A DNA stretch of 64,000 bases from Austwickia sp. (GTDB lineage Bacteria > Actinomycetota > Actinomycetes > Actinomycetales > Dermatophilaceae), in the NCBI GenBank assembly GCA_039812465.1, contig JBDIAS010000001.1:16206-80205 (forward strand), given 5' to 3'. The notes below the pieces were generated by a model. That model was not told where the DNA came from. It worked only from the letters and a program-made list of their open reading frames with translations, and ran no database searches. Shown here in pieces: positions 1 through 8,884 of this stretch; the stretch's first letter is position 1; each line of letters opens with the position of its first letter. A program made the position numbers and the translations under genes.

Positions 1-149
1 GCCCGGACGTCGGGTCCCCGGCCTTTACGGGGATGGGCGCTCGGGGTAGCGGCTGGCCGCGGACTCGCTTCTTCGGTGGGGATGCTCTTCCTGGGTGGGG
101 ACACACCGTGTTCGGCGTGGACGCTGCTGTAGGAGCGTCCACGCCGACG

Positions 150-365
150 AGCGTGTGTCCGCGTCGGCCGAGGGCGTCTGCGTCGGGCGGGCCTCTCGGT
201 GGGTGAGATGCCAGGGCGCTGTTCCCGCCCGTGGGCGGGAAGTGTCCGCGTCGGCGCTGGTGGTGGCGTGCCGTTGTTGCCCGTGGGCGGGAAGTGTCCG
301 CGTCGGCGCTGGTGGTGGCGTGCCGTTCCCGCCCGTGGGCGGGAAGTGTCCGCGTCGGCGCTCGT
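150..365. repeat. 52-bp tandem repeat, about 2.8 copies (221-272, 273-324, 325-~363; 14-nt seed at 154-167)
   Basis: Read directly: GTT(CCC/GTT)GCCCGTGGGCGGGAAGTGTCCGCGTCGGCGCTGGTGGTGGCGTGCC repeated head to tail. ORFs 95..772, 199..576 and the 5' part of 231..881 are just translations of this repeat. Confidence 0.9.
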
Positions 366-476
366 GCTGCGGGCCGGTCTCCCTGTCGGTCCCGTCACAC
401 CGGCTTCCGGGGGCTCAGGAGACCCGCCGGGGAGCCGACGGGGATGGTGTACTCATCTGTTGCAGGAGGATTCACC

Positions 477-881
477 GTGCCCAGGACCGCCGAGCCCCTC
501 CGGCCGGTCGCGCCACGACGCAGCGCACCGAACCGCGGCCGCCCCATGTACCACACCACCGCCGACGACGTCGTGATCGCCGATCACGCGCTCTGGACGC
601 GGGACGACGCCGATTTCTTCGCCTTGCTCGGCGGCACACGGGCGGTGTTCCCGCCCGTCGTCGCGCCGACGCAGCAGGTGCTCATGGCCCGCGCGCGCTG
701 CCAGGCGATGGAGCGCGGCGAGCGGTTCGACCCGGTGCGGTACCTGCACGAGCAGGCAGACCTCGACCCTGACCGCTTCGACGCCGGCCTCGTGGCCCTC
801 GCGCTGGACTTCTACGGCCGCCGTCGGCAGAGCATGCTCCGGGCGGTCGAGCGCCCGCAGGCGACCAGCCAGGTTGCCTGA
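477..881 (+). CDS. hypothetical protein (about 134 aa)
   Basis: GTG at 477 lies 6 nt after AGGAGGA (464-470). Third-position GC is high through to the stop at 881. Alternative ATG at 546. No recognisable family. Confidence 0.5.
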   Translation: MPRTAEPLRPVAPRRSAPNRGRPMYHTTADDVVIADHALWTRDDADFFALLGGTRAVFPPVVAPTQQVLMARARCQAMERGERFDPVRYLHEQADLDPDRFDAGLVALALDFYGRRRQSMLRAVERPQATSQVA

Positions 882-927
882 CTTCGGCCCCGGGCCCCGG
901 GGCACGTGGTCGCGGACGTCGCAGACG

Positions 928-1035
928 GCCTGAAAACCACTCGGATGCCCTGAGAACCCTCGCATGCCCTGAGAACCCTCGCATGCCCTGAGAACCCTCG
1001 CATGCCCTGAGAACCCTCGCATGCCCTGAAGCCCC
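928..1035. repeat. 19-bp tandem repeat GCATGCCCTGAGAACCCTC: 4 good copies (943-1018; the last three, 962-1018, perfect; the first GGAT for GCAT) plus degenerate flanking copies
   Basis: Read directly from the sequence. The period is 19, not a multiple of 3. Confidence 0.9.
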
Positions 1036-1037
1036 GG

Positions 1038-1123
1038 GATGGTGCGGACGCCTCAACTCCTGATGCGGACGCCTCAGATGTCGCGGGGGCGTCAGATGTC
1101 GCGGGGCCCGTCAGATGTCGCGG
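1038..1123. repeat. Short tandem duplications: TGCGGACGCCTCA x2 and TCAGATGTCGCGG x3 (starts 1074, 1092, 1111)
   Basis: The third TCAGATGTCGCGG copy contains the stop codon and last codons (R-D-I-stop) of the minus-strand gene 1111..2640. Confidence 0.85.
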
Positions 1124-2640
1124 AACGTGGTCACGCTGGCGCCCAGCGCGTTCAGGCGGTCGGCCAGGTCCTCGTACCCGCGGTTGATCACGTACACGTT
1201 CCGCAGGACCGAGGTACCCTCCGCCGCCAGCATCGCGATCAGCACGACGACGCCGGGGCGCAGCGCCGGCGGGCAGACAACCTCGGCGGCCCGCCAGCGG
1301 GTCGGCCCGTCCACCATGACCCGATGCGGGTCGAGGAGCTGTACGTGGGCGCCGACCTTGTTGAGCTCGGTCAGGTAGATCGCCCGGTTCTCGTACACCC
1401 AGTCGTGGATCAGCGTCCGTCCCTGCGCCACCGCGCCGATCAGCGCGAAGAACGGCAGGTTGTCGATGTTGAGGCCCGGGAAGGGCATCGGGTGGATCTT
1501 GTCGATCGGCGCATGCAGCGGCCCCGGGATCGTCGTGAGGTCCACGAGCCGGGTCTGACCGTTGGCCGAGGGGTACTCCTCCGTCAGCTCGTACCGCATC
1601 CCCATCCCGGCCAGCGTCGCCAGCTCGATCTCAAGGAACTCGATCGGCGCCCGGTTGATGGTGATCTCCGAGCCGGTGACCACCGCGGCGGACAGCAGGC
1701 TCATCGCCTCGATCGGGTCCTCGCTGGGGGAGTAGTCCACGTCCTCCTCGATCACGGCGCGCCCCCGCACGGTCAGCGTCGTGGTGCCGATCCCCTCGAT
1801 CTGCACGCCGAGGCGCTCCAGGAAGAAGCACAGGTCCTGGACCATGTAGTTGGAGCTGGCGTTGCGGATGACCGACGTCCCGTCGAACCGGGCCGCCGCC
1901 ATCAGCGCGTTCTCCGTCACCGTGTCGCCGCGCTCGGTCAGCACGATCGGCCGGGTCGGGCGCACGGAGCGGTCCACGCTCGCCAGGTAGCGCCCGTTCG
2001 TCGCCTCGACCGACAGTCCGAAGTTGCGCAGCGCGGTCATGTGCGGCTCGATCGTCCGCGAGCCGAGGTCGCACCCGCCGGAGAACGGCAGCGAGAAGTC
2101 GTCGAAGTCGTGGAGCAACGGCGCGAAGAACATGATGATCGTACGGGTGCGCCGGGCGGCGTCTTGGTCCATGGCGGACAGGTCGAGGCGCTCCGGCGGG
2201 ACGATCTCGAGGTCGTTGCTGCCCGGCAGCCAGCGTGTCTTGACCCCGATGCTCCAGAGCACCTCGAGGATCCGGTTGACCTCCTCGATGCGCGCGAGGC
2301 TGCGCAGGGTGGTCTTGCCCCGGTTGAGCAGCGAGGCGCACAGCAGGGCGACGGCCGCGTTCTTGCTGGTTTTGACGTCGATCGAGCCGGTCAGCTTCGT
2401 GCCGCCGGTGATCCGCAGGTGCTGCGGGCCGGAGCTCCCGAGGGAGACGAATTCGGAATCCAGCGAGGCGCCGATGCGGGCGATCATCTCCAGGGACAGG
2501 TTCTGCTTGCCCTGCTCGATGCGGGCGACCGCGCTCTGGCTGGTGCCGAGGTGGTCAGCGAGCTCGGTCTGGGTCATCCCCTGGTGACGACGGGCGTCGC
2601 GGATGAGGCCTCCGATGCGTGCCAAGTAGTCCTCGCTCAT
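1111..2640 (-). CDS. XRE-family HTH domain fused to a UDP-N-acetylglucosamine 1-carboxyvinyltransferase (MurA-family) domain
   Basis: N-terminus GMTQTELADHLGTSQSAVARIEQGKQN is a classic XRE HTH. The rest aligns by eye to MurA: KTSKNAAVALL (Lys22 region), SGGCDLGSRTIEPH (catalytic Cys loop PGGCAIGARPVDLH) and a C-terminal NRGYEDLADRLNALGA. Confidence 0.85.
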   Translation of the reverse strand: MSEDYLARIGGLIRDARRHQGMTQTELADHLGTSQSAVARIEQGKQNLSLEMIARIGASLDSEFVSLGSSGPQHLRITGGTKLTGSIDVKTSKNAAVALLCASLLNRGKTTLRSLARIEEVNRILEVLWSIGVKTRWLPGSNDLEIVPPERLDLSAMDQDAARRTRTIIMFFAPLLHDFDDFSLPFSGGCDLGSRTIEPHMTALRNFGLSVEATNGRYLASVDRSVRPTRPIVLTERGDTVTENALMAAARFDGTSVIRNASSNYMVQDLCFFLERLGVQIEGIGTTTLTVRGRAVIEEDVDYSPSEDPIEAMSLLSAAVVTGSEITINRAPIEFLEIELATLAGMGMRYELTEEYPSANGQTRLVDLTTIPGPLHAPIDKIHPMPFPGLNIDNLPFFALIGAVAQGRTLIHDWVYENRAIYLTELNKVGAHVQLLDPHRVMVDGPTRWRAAEVVCPPALRPGVVVLIAMLAAEGTSVLRNVYVINRGYEDLADRLNALGASVTTFRDI

Positions 2641-2654
2641 GCCGGTTAGCCTAA

Positions 2655-2666
2655 CTCATATATGAG
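2655..2666. promoter_or_regulatory. Perfect 12-bp palindrome CTCATATATGAG in an AT-rich island 15 bp upstream of the HTH-MurA start; candidate autoregulatory operator
   Basis: Palindrome read directly. ATGAGAT is repeated at 2662-2668 and 2684-2690. This is the only AT-rich patch in the region. Confidence 0.4.
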
Positions 2667-2860
2667 ATAACAACTGGTAGTAGATGAGATTGCCTCTCCG
2701 CACCAGAAGTCGTCTCCAACCGGGGAGCCGATGAGGACGACCGACCAAGTTTTGCATGGAGGCCTCGCCCCGACCGAATCACCCGGTCTCTCGGAGTGTC
2801 GCACGAGCCGGCGCCGCGGGGCGGGAAGGCGCTCCGGCGCGCCGCCCGACCTGCGCCGCA

Positions 2861-2960
2861 GTCGCCCCGCCGGCAGCAGTCGCTCCACTGGCCGCAACCG
2901 CTCCACTGGCCGCAACCGCCCCGCCGGCCGCAACCGCCCCGCCGCCCCGGCCGCTCCGCC
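2861..2960. repeat. 18-bp degenerate tandem repeat (CGCTCCACTGGCCGCAAC x2 perfect at 2881-2916, then CGCCCCGCCGGCCGCAAC and decayed copies)
   Basis: Read directly. Intergenic, between the HTH-MurA promoter and the fadB 3' end. Confidence 0.8.
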
Positions 2961-2988
2961 GGCCGCGAACCGCCCACCACGCGACGAC

Positions 2989-3019
2989 GACGCCCCGCCG
3001 GGTCTGCCGGCGGGGCGTC
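2989..3019 (-). terminator. 13-bp perfect-stem hairpin downstream of fadB
   Basis: GACGCCCCGCCGG-gtctg-CCGGCGGGGCGTC, 27 bp beyond the fadB stop. No clear U-tract. Confidence 0.45.
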
Positions 3020-3045
3020 GCTGTCGGTCAGAGGCGGTAGGTCGC

Positions 3046-5163
3046 TCAGGTGGCGACGCTGGCCACCCCCGGCGGGAGGAAGCGCGCCCCGGTGACCTTC
3101 TCGGAGACCCCGCTGCGGTCGAGCAGCGGGGTGAGCCCGCCGTTCCAGAACTGGAAGCCCGCGCCGGTGATCATGGCGAGGTCCAGGTCCTGGGCGGCGA
3201 TCGCGACGCCCTCGTCGAGCATCAGCCGGGCTTCTTCGGCCAACCCGGCGAGGACCGTCTCACGCACCTGCTCGGCGGTCAGGACCTCCGGGTTCTCCGG
3301 GGTGCGATACAGCGCGGCCACGGCGGGGTCGACCACCATGCCCTCCGGCCCGAACGTGTAGTAGCTCGCCTTCTTCTCCTCCACGACCCTGCGCAGGTTC
3401 TCCGAGACCGTGAACCGCTCCGGGAACGCGGCGGCGAGCGTCTCCCCGTTGTGCAGAGCGATCGCCGGGCCCACGAGGCCGAGCAGCACGAACGGCGGCA
3501 TCGGGGCGACCCCGGCGAACCCCTGGTCCGCCACCTCGATCGGGGTGCCCGCGTCGACGATCCGGCCGATGTCCGACATGAACCGGCCGAGCAGCCGGTT
3601 CACGATGAACGACGGGCTGTCCTTCACGAGGATCGCCGTCTTGCCCAGCGAGCGACCGGTCGCGAACGCGGTGGCGAGGGTCGCGTCGTCGGTGCGCTCG
3701 CCCTTGACGATCTCCAGCAGCGGCATGACGGCCACCGGGTTGAAGAAGTGGAACCCGACGACCCGCTCGGGGTGCGCCAGGTCGGCCGCCATCGCCGTGA
3801 TCGACAGCGAGGAGGTGTTGGTCGCGAGCACGCACTCCGGGCTCACGACCGCTTCGACCTCGGCCCAGACCTGCTTCTTGACCCCGAGGTCCTCGAAGAC
3901 GGCCTCGATCACGAACTCGGCGTCGGCGAAGTCGGACTTCTCGGTCGCCCCGGTCACCAGCGCCTTGAATCGGTTGGCTCGGTCGTTGGTGACGCGCCCC
4001 TTCTTCACGAGCTTGTCGATCTCCGCGTGCACGTACGCGATGCCCTTCTCGACCCGCTGCTCGTCCAGGTCGGTCATGACCACGGGCACCTTCAGACGCC
4101 GGACGAACAGGAGCGCCAGCTGGCTCGCCATCAGGCCCGCGCCGACGATCCCGACCTTCGTGACCGGGCGGGCCAACGCGCGATCCGGCGCGCCCGCGGG
4201 CCGCTTGGCCCGCTTCTGCACCAGGTCGAAGGCGTAGAGGCCGGCCCGCAGCTCGTCGCTCAGGATCAGGTCGGTCAGAGCGTCGTTCTCCCCGGCGAAG
4301 CCCTCCTCGCGCGTCGCGGTGCGGGCGGCGGCCATGAGGTCCAAGGCCCGGTACGGGGCGGGGGCGTACCCGCCCGTCTTCATGTCGGCCATCGCCCGGC
4401 CGGCCGCGATCGCGCCATCCCAGGCCGCAGCGTCGTCCAGGTCGATCTCGCGACGTGTCACGGTCACGTCACCCGTGAGCACGCGGGCGGCCCAGCGGAG
4501 CGATTCGGCGAGGAAGTCCGCGCCCTCCAGCAGCACGTCCGCCAGCCCCATCTCATGGGCGCTGGGGCCGTTGAGCATCTTGTTCATCGACAGGGGGTTC
4601 TCGATCACGACCTTGATCGCGTTCTCGATGCCGACGAGGCGCGGGACGAACCACGTGCCGCCCCAGCCGGGCACGAGGCCGAGGAAGCACTCCGGCAGCG
4701 CGAACGCGGGCATCGCGGCCGAGATCGTCCGGTAGGTGCAGTAGAGGTTGATCTCGACCCCGCCGCCGAGGACGAGCCCGTTGATGAAGGAGAAGCTCGG
4801 CACCCCGATGTCGGAGATCTTGGTGAAGGTGTCGTGGCCGAGCTCGGCGATGGCCCGAGCCTGCTCGCGGGTGGTCACCTGCGCCACGCCGGACAGGTCC
4901 GCCCCGGCCGCGAGGATGAACGGCTTGCCGGTGATCCCGATTGCCGCGATCTCGCCCGCGTCGGCCCGCACCTTCAGCCCGTCGAGCACCTCGCCGAGGC
5001 CGATCAGGGTCCGCGGGCCGAGGGTGTTGGGGCGGGTGTGGTCGTGGCCATTGTCCAGCGTGATCAGCGCCATCGTGCCGGCGCCGCCGGGCAGCTCCAC
5101 GTCTCGCGCGAGGGCGTGGGTGACGACCTCGTCGGGGAAGACCGCCTGGAAGTCGATGCTCAT
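3046..5163 (-). CDS. fadB: Fatty-acid oxidation complex alpha subunit (enoyl-CoA hydratase / 3-hydroxyacyl-CoA dehydrogenase)
   Basis: Starts MSIDFQAVFPDEVV. Crotonase N-terminal half followed by an NAD-binding GIVGAGLMASQ 3-HCDH half. The ATGA overlap with fadA indicates translational coupling. Confidence 0.9.
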   Translation of the reverse strand: MSIDFQAVFPDEVVTHALARDVELPGGAGTMALITLDNGHDHTRPNTLGPRTLIGLGEVLDGLKVRADAGEIAAIGITGKPFILAAGADLSGVAQVTTREQARAIAELGHDTFTKISDIGVPSFSFINGLVLGGGVEINLYCTYRTISAAMPAFALPECFLGLVPGWGGTWFVPRLVGIENAIKVVIENPLSMNKMLNGPSAHEMGLADVLLEGADFLAESLRWAARVLTGDVTVTRREIDLDDAAAWDGAIAAGRAMADMKTGGYAPAPYRALDLMAAARTATREEGFAGENDALTDLILSDELRAGLYAFDLVQKRAKRPAGAPDRALARPVTKVGIVGAGLMASQLALLFVRRLKVPVVMTDLDEQRVEKGIAYVHAEIDKLVKKGRVTNDRANRFKALVTGATEKSDFADAEFVIEAVFEDLGVKKQVWAEVEAVVSPECVLATNTSSLSITAMAADLAHPERVVGFHFFNPVAVMPLLEIVKGERTDDATLATAFATGRSLGKTAILVKDSPSFIVNRLLGRFMSDIGRIVDAGTPIEVADQGFAGVAPMPPFVLLGLVGPAIALHNGETLAAAFPERFTVSENLRRVVEEKKASYYTFGPEGMVVDPAVAALYRTPENPEVLTAEQVRETVLAGLAEEARLMLDEGVAIAAQDLDLAMITGAGFQFWNGGLTPLLDRSGVSEKVTGARFLPPGVASVAT

Positions 5164-6389
5164 CGCGCGCTCTCCTGCTTCGTCGCGGCACTCGGGCCGG
5201 TGTGGTGGGGGTTCTCCCAGATGACGGCGGCGCCCATCCCGATGCCGATGCACATGGCGGTCATCCCGTAGCGCACCTCCGGTCGCTGCTCGAACTGCCG
5301 GGCCAGCTGGATCATGAGGCGGACCCCGGAGGCGGCCAGCGGGTGGCCGCAGGCGATGGCGCCGCCGTACGGGTTCACGCGCGGGTCGTCGTCGGCGAGG
5401 CCGAAGTGCTCGGTGAACGCGAGCACCTGCACGGCGAACGCCTCGTTGATCTCGAACAGGCCGATGTCCTCGACGCTCAGGCCGGCGTTCGCGAGGGCCT
5501 TCTCCGCGGCGGGGACCGCGCCGTAGCCCATCACCTCGGGCTCGACCCCGGCGAAGCCGAAGGAGACGAGCCGCATCCGCACGGGAAGGCCGAGCTCGTC
5601 CGCCGCCTCCTGCGACGCGATGAGGCAGGCGGTGGCGCCGTCGTTGAGGCCCGCCGAGTTGCCGGCGGTCACGCGCCCGTGGGGCCGGAACGCGGTCTTC
5701 AGGCCCGCCAGGCCCTCCATCGTCACGTCCGGGCGCGGCGGCTCGTCCGTGGTCGCGAGGCCCCACCCGAGCTCCGCGTGCCGCGTGGCGACGGGCACGA
5801 GGTCGGCCTGGATATGCCCGGATGCGTAGGCCGCGGCGAGCTTGTGCTGGCTGCCCATCGCGTAGGCGTCCGCCCGCTCCTTGGTGAGCTGCGCGAACCG
5901 GTCGTGCAACGCCTCGGCCGTGTTGCCCATCGACAGCGCCTCGGGGTCGACGATCTTCTCGGCGATGAAGCGCGGGTTCGGGTCGACGCCCTGGCCCATC
6001 GGGTGGTGGCCCATGTGCTCCACGCCCCCGGCGATCGCGACGTCGTAGGCACCGAACGCGATCTGCGCGGCGGCGGTCGTGACCGCGGTCATCGCGCCGG
6101 CGCACATGCGGTCGATCGCGTAGCCGGGCACGGTGACCGGCAGGCCCGACAGCAGCGCCGCGGTGCGGCCGATCGTCAGGCCCTGGTCGCCGGTCTGCGT
6201 GGTGGCCGCGATCGCGACGTCGCCGACCCGGTCAGGCGGCAGCTCGGGGTGGCGGCGCAGCAACTCGCGAATACAGGAGACGACCAGGTCGTCCGCGCGG
6301 GTCTGAGCGTAGATGCCCGACTGGCCCGCTTTGCCGAACGGGGTGCGGACGCCGTCGACGAAGACGACCTCATGACGTGGGATGGACAC
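5160..6389 (-). CDS. fadA: Acetyl-CoA C-acyltransferase (beta-oxidation thiolase)
   Basis: Thiolase motifs (RMCAGAMTAV Cys region; C-terminal GGAIACGHP, MCIGIGMG). GTG at 6389 is preceded by GAGGGAG. Confidence 0.9.
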   Translation of the reverse strand: MSIPRHEVVFVDGVRTPFGKAGQSGIYAQTRADDLVVSCIRELLRRHPELPPDRVGDVAIAATTQTGDQGLTIGRTAALLSGLPVTVPGYAIDRMCAGAMTAVTTAAAQIAFGAYDVAIAGGVEHMGHHPMGQGVDPNPRFIAEKIVDPEALSMGNTAEALHDRFAQLTKERADAYAMGSQHKLAAAYASGHIQADLVPVATRHAELGWGLATTDEPPRPDVTMEGLAGLKTAFRPHGRVTAGNSAGLNDGATACLIASQEAADELGLPVRMRLVSFGFAGVEPEVMGYGAVPAAEKALANAGLSVEDIGLFEINEAFAVQVLAFTEHFGLADDDPRVNPYGGAIACGHPLAASGVRLMIQLARQFEQRPEVRYGMTAMCIGIGMGAAVIWENPHHTGPSAATKQESAR

Positions 6390-6545
6390 GGATACTCCCT
6401 CGCTGGTGGAACGGGCGGTACGGCGGGACGGCATCGTGACGGTGCGCCTCTTGTCAGTATTACTGACGAGTAGGGCAGATGCCAGGGGTGCCGAGCGCCG
6501 CTTCGCGAGCGGGGCGATGTCGGTCAGTGCTCGGCGAAGGGTCGA

Positions 6546-8108
6546 TCAGTGCTCGGCGGCGGGATGGTCGCTCTCGGCGGCCGGTTCGTCGCCCGCGCCC
6601 GCGGGCGGCTCGGCAGGCTGGGCCAGCGCGTCGAGGATGATCGGCGCGGCGACGTCCACCTGCCAGCTGCGCGCCCCCCGCTCGCGCAGAGCCTCCCGGA
6701 CCGCGGCGTCGTCGGCGGGCGGAGGCTCCCAGAGCAGCCGACGCAGCAGGTCCGGCGCAAGGAGGTTCTCCACCGGGACCCGGTGCTCGGCTGAGAAGGC
6801 GCTGAACAGCTCGCGCGCGCGGTTCAGCCGGGCCGCCGCCGCCGGGTCGCGGTCGGCCCAGGCCCGCGGCGGGGGCGGGCCGGTGCTCGTCACGTTGCGG
6901 GGGGGCAACTGCTCCTCCGGCAGCGCCAGCGCGCCCTTGGACGCGGTGAGCCAGTGCACCGCGTAACGCCGCGCGGAGCGGTTCGTGGTGGCCGCCACCA
7001 CCTCGGCCGCGCTGGCCGGCGCGGCCTGGGCGATGTCGACCAGTGCGAAGTCGGGGATGACGCGGCCGGGGGAGATGTCGCGGGTACGGGCGATCTCGTC
7101 GCGGGCGTACCACAGCGCCCGCGCGATCCCGAGCGTGCGCCGGCTGCGGATCTTGTGCAGGCCGGACAGTCGGCGCCAGGGGTCGACCCGCGCGGGCGGC
7201 CCGGCAAAGGAGGTCAGCGCGTCGAACTCCTCCTGCGCCCAGGCGAGCTTGCCCTGGGCCGACAGGTCGGCCTCGATCGCGTCGCGGAGGTCGACGAGGA
7301 CCTCGACGTCGAGCGCCGCGTAGCGCAGCCACGGTTCGGGCAGCGGCCGGGTGGACCAGTCGACCGCCGAATGCTCCTTGGCGAGCGTCATGTGCAGGTA
7401 GTGCTCCAGCACCGCAGCCAGCCCGACCCGCGGCTGGCCGGCCAGCCGGGCCCCGAGCTCGGTGTCGAACAGGCGCGCGGGCGCCAGCCCCACCTCGGCC
7501 AGGCACGGTAGGTCCTGGGTGGCGGCGTGCAGGACCCATTCGACGCCCTCCAGCGCGCGGGCCAGGGGGGTCAGGTCGGGGCAGGCGATCGGGTCGATCA
7601 GGATCGTGCCCGCGCCGGCGCGGCGGATCTGCACGAGGTAGGCGCGCTGGCCGTACCGGTAACCGGAAGCCCGCTCCGCGTCCACGGCGACCGGTCCGGT
7701 CCCGCCCGCCAGCGCGGCGGCCGCCTCCGCCAGCGCGTCCTCCTCCTCGACGACGTCGGGGATCCCGTCGCGGGGGTGGTCGAGCAGGAGGGGGGCGTCC
7801 AGCTCCTGGCCCCCGTCCCGGTCGCGGTGCTGGTCGTGGGCAGGGTCGTGGTCGTGGGTAGGGTCCTGTGCCTGGTGCGCTTCGGGGCCGGATCCCTCGG
7901 GTCCGCTTGCGCCGTCGGCAGGCTCGTCGGCTGGCTCCGCGTGGGCGCGGGCGCCGCGGGTTGCGGCCAGCTCAGCCTGCACGGCGGCCCGGGACGCGCG
8001 CGTGCGCCGCCGCCGGCCGGTGCGCACGGGTCGTTCGGTCGCGTCGGCGTCGCGGGCGTCTGCTTCTGCCGGGTCGGTGCGGTCCTGGTGGGTGCTCATG
8101 CCAACCAC
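6546..8108 (-). CDS. rnd: Ribonuclease D (DEDD 3'-5' exonuclease + HRDC) with an acidic/His-rich N-terminal extension
   Basis: VAVDAERASGYRYGQRAYLVQI..., HAATQDLPCL and SAVDWSTRPLP are typical RNase D exo motifs. The start may be GTG 8108 or ATG 8099. Confidence 0.85.
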   Translation of the reverse strand: MVGMSTHQDRTDPAEADARDADATERPVRTGRRRRTRASRAAVQAELAATRGARAHAEPADEPADGASGPEGSGPEAHQAQDPTHDHDPAHDQHRDRDGGQELDAPLLLDHPRDGIPDVVEEEDALAEAAAALAGGTGPVAVDAERASGYRYGQRAYLVQIRRAGAGTILIDPIACPDLTPLARALEGVEWVLHAATQDLPCLAEVGLAPARLFDTELGARLAGQPRVGLAAVLEHYLHMTLAKEHSAVDWSTRPLPEPWLRYAALDVEVLVDLRDAIEADLSAQGKLAWAQEEFDALTSFAGPPARVDPWRRLSGLHKIRSRRTLGIARALWYARDEIARTRDISPGRVIPDFALVDIAQAAPASAAEVVAATTNRSARRYAVHWLTASKGALALPEEQLPPRNVTSTGPPPPRAWADRDPAAAARLNRARELFSAFSAEHRVPVENLLAPDLLRRLLWEPPPADDAAVREALRERGARSWQVDVAAPIILDALAQPAEPPAGAGDEPAAESDHPAAEH

Positions 8109-8126
8109 CAGAATGTCACGGACCGT

Positions 8127-8708
8127 TCACCGTCTCACCCCTGGAAGCGGCGTGACGCCCTCGGTCAAGGGTGGCAACCCGGCCAGGGAGCAGAGCAGGT
8201 CGCTCCACGCGCGCAGGTGGCCGCCCAATTCGGGGCCGTCGGTGGTCCACGAGGCGCGCAACTCCAACTCGACGACCGGCTCGCGCTCCGACAGCGTCCC
8301 GAAGCTCTCCGAGACGACCCGCGTGACCGTCCCACCGAGGGCGCGCGCCCCGGGCTCGACCTCCTCCAGCGCGTCGGTCAGCCAGGACCAGCCGACCTCG
8401 CCGAGGAGCGGGTCGGCGGCCAGCTCCGGCTCCATCCGGGCGGAGGCGTAGGTGACCAACCGCCAGCTCCCGTCCCACGCCTCGGGGAAGCTGGGGTCGT
8501 GCAGGACGATGAACCGACCTGTCGCGGGAGGATCCTCCACCCCGGCGAGGACGACCTCGGCCGACACCGCCGTGCTGAACGGCGAGATGCGCTGGGGGGC
8601 GGGGGAGTCCTCGAGGCGGATCTCGGGACGGAGCCGGGCATGCGTGAGCGCGTCCACGGATCGCGCGAAGAGTTCGTAGGCCCCCCGCCGCGCATGACGG
8701 CTGTTCAC
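8127..8708 (-). CDS. DUF3000-like conserved actinobacterial protein
   Basis: Its position between rnd and hemE matches mycobacterial synteny (the Rv2680 position). GTG at 8708. Coding-like GC3. Confidence 0.7.
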   Translation of the reverse strand: MNSRHARRGAYELFARSVDALTHARLRPEIRLEDSPAPQRISPFSTAVSAEVVLAGVEDPPATGRFIVLHDPSFPEAWDGSWRLVTYASARMEPELAADPLLGEVGWSWLTDALEEVEPGARALGGTVTRVVSESFGTLSEREPVVELELRASWTTDGPELGGHLRAWSDLLCSLAGLPPLTEGVTPLPGVRR

Positions 8709-8819
8709 GTTCGCACCATACGGCCGCGCGCGCGGCCTCGACGGGCACCACGCCGAATGGCTGGTCCCCGCCGGTCGACGGGTCGGGCCGGGCGGTGTGC
8801 GGCCCGCGGGGGCGCCCCC

Positions 8820-8855
8820 GTACACGCAGTCGTACGCGCAGTCGTACGCGCAGCC
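8820..8855. repeat. 12-bp direct repeat CGCAGTCGTACG x2 plus partial copies, in the DUF3000/hemE divergent promoter region
   Basis: Read directly: copies at 8825-8836 and 8837-8848, then CGCAGCC. Confidence 0.75.
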
Positions 8856-8884
8856 CGGGGCACGACCAGCCCGGACGTGTGAGG

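Noticed and set aside
1039-2649. 536-aa plus-strand ORF and other ORFs overlapping the HTH-MurA gene
   Set aside because: Antisense shadow ORF. The minus-strand frame has full-length MurA similarity.
2731-5271. 846-aa plus-strand ORF
   Set aside because: Antisense to fadB and starts inside the 18-bp repeat array. No motifs.
5164-6105. N-terminal 314 codons of the 1019-aa ORF 3046..6105
   Set aside because: Out-of-frame overlap with the fadA thiolase gene, and Arg/Pro/Gly-rich. The genuine FadB starts at MSIDFQ (ATG 5163) with an ATGA coupling to fadA.
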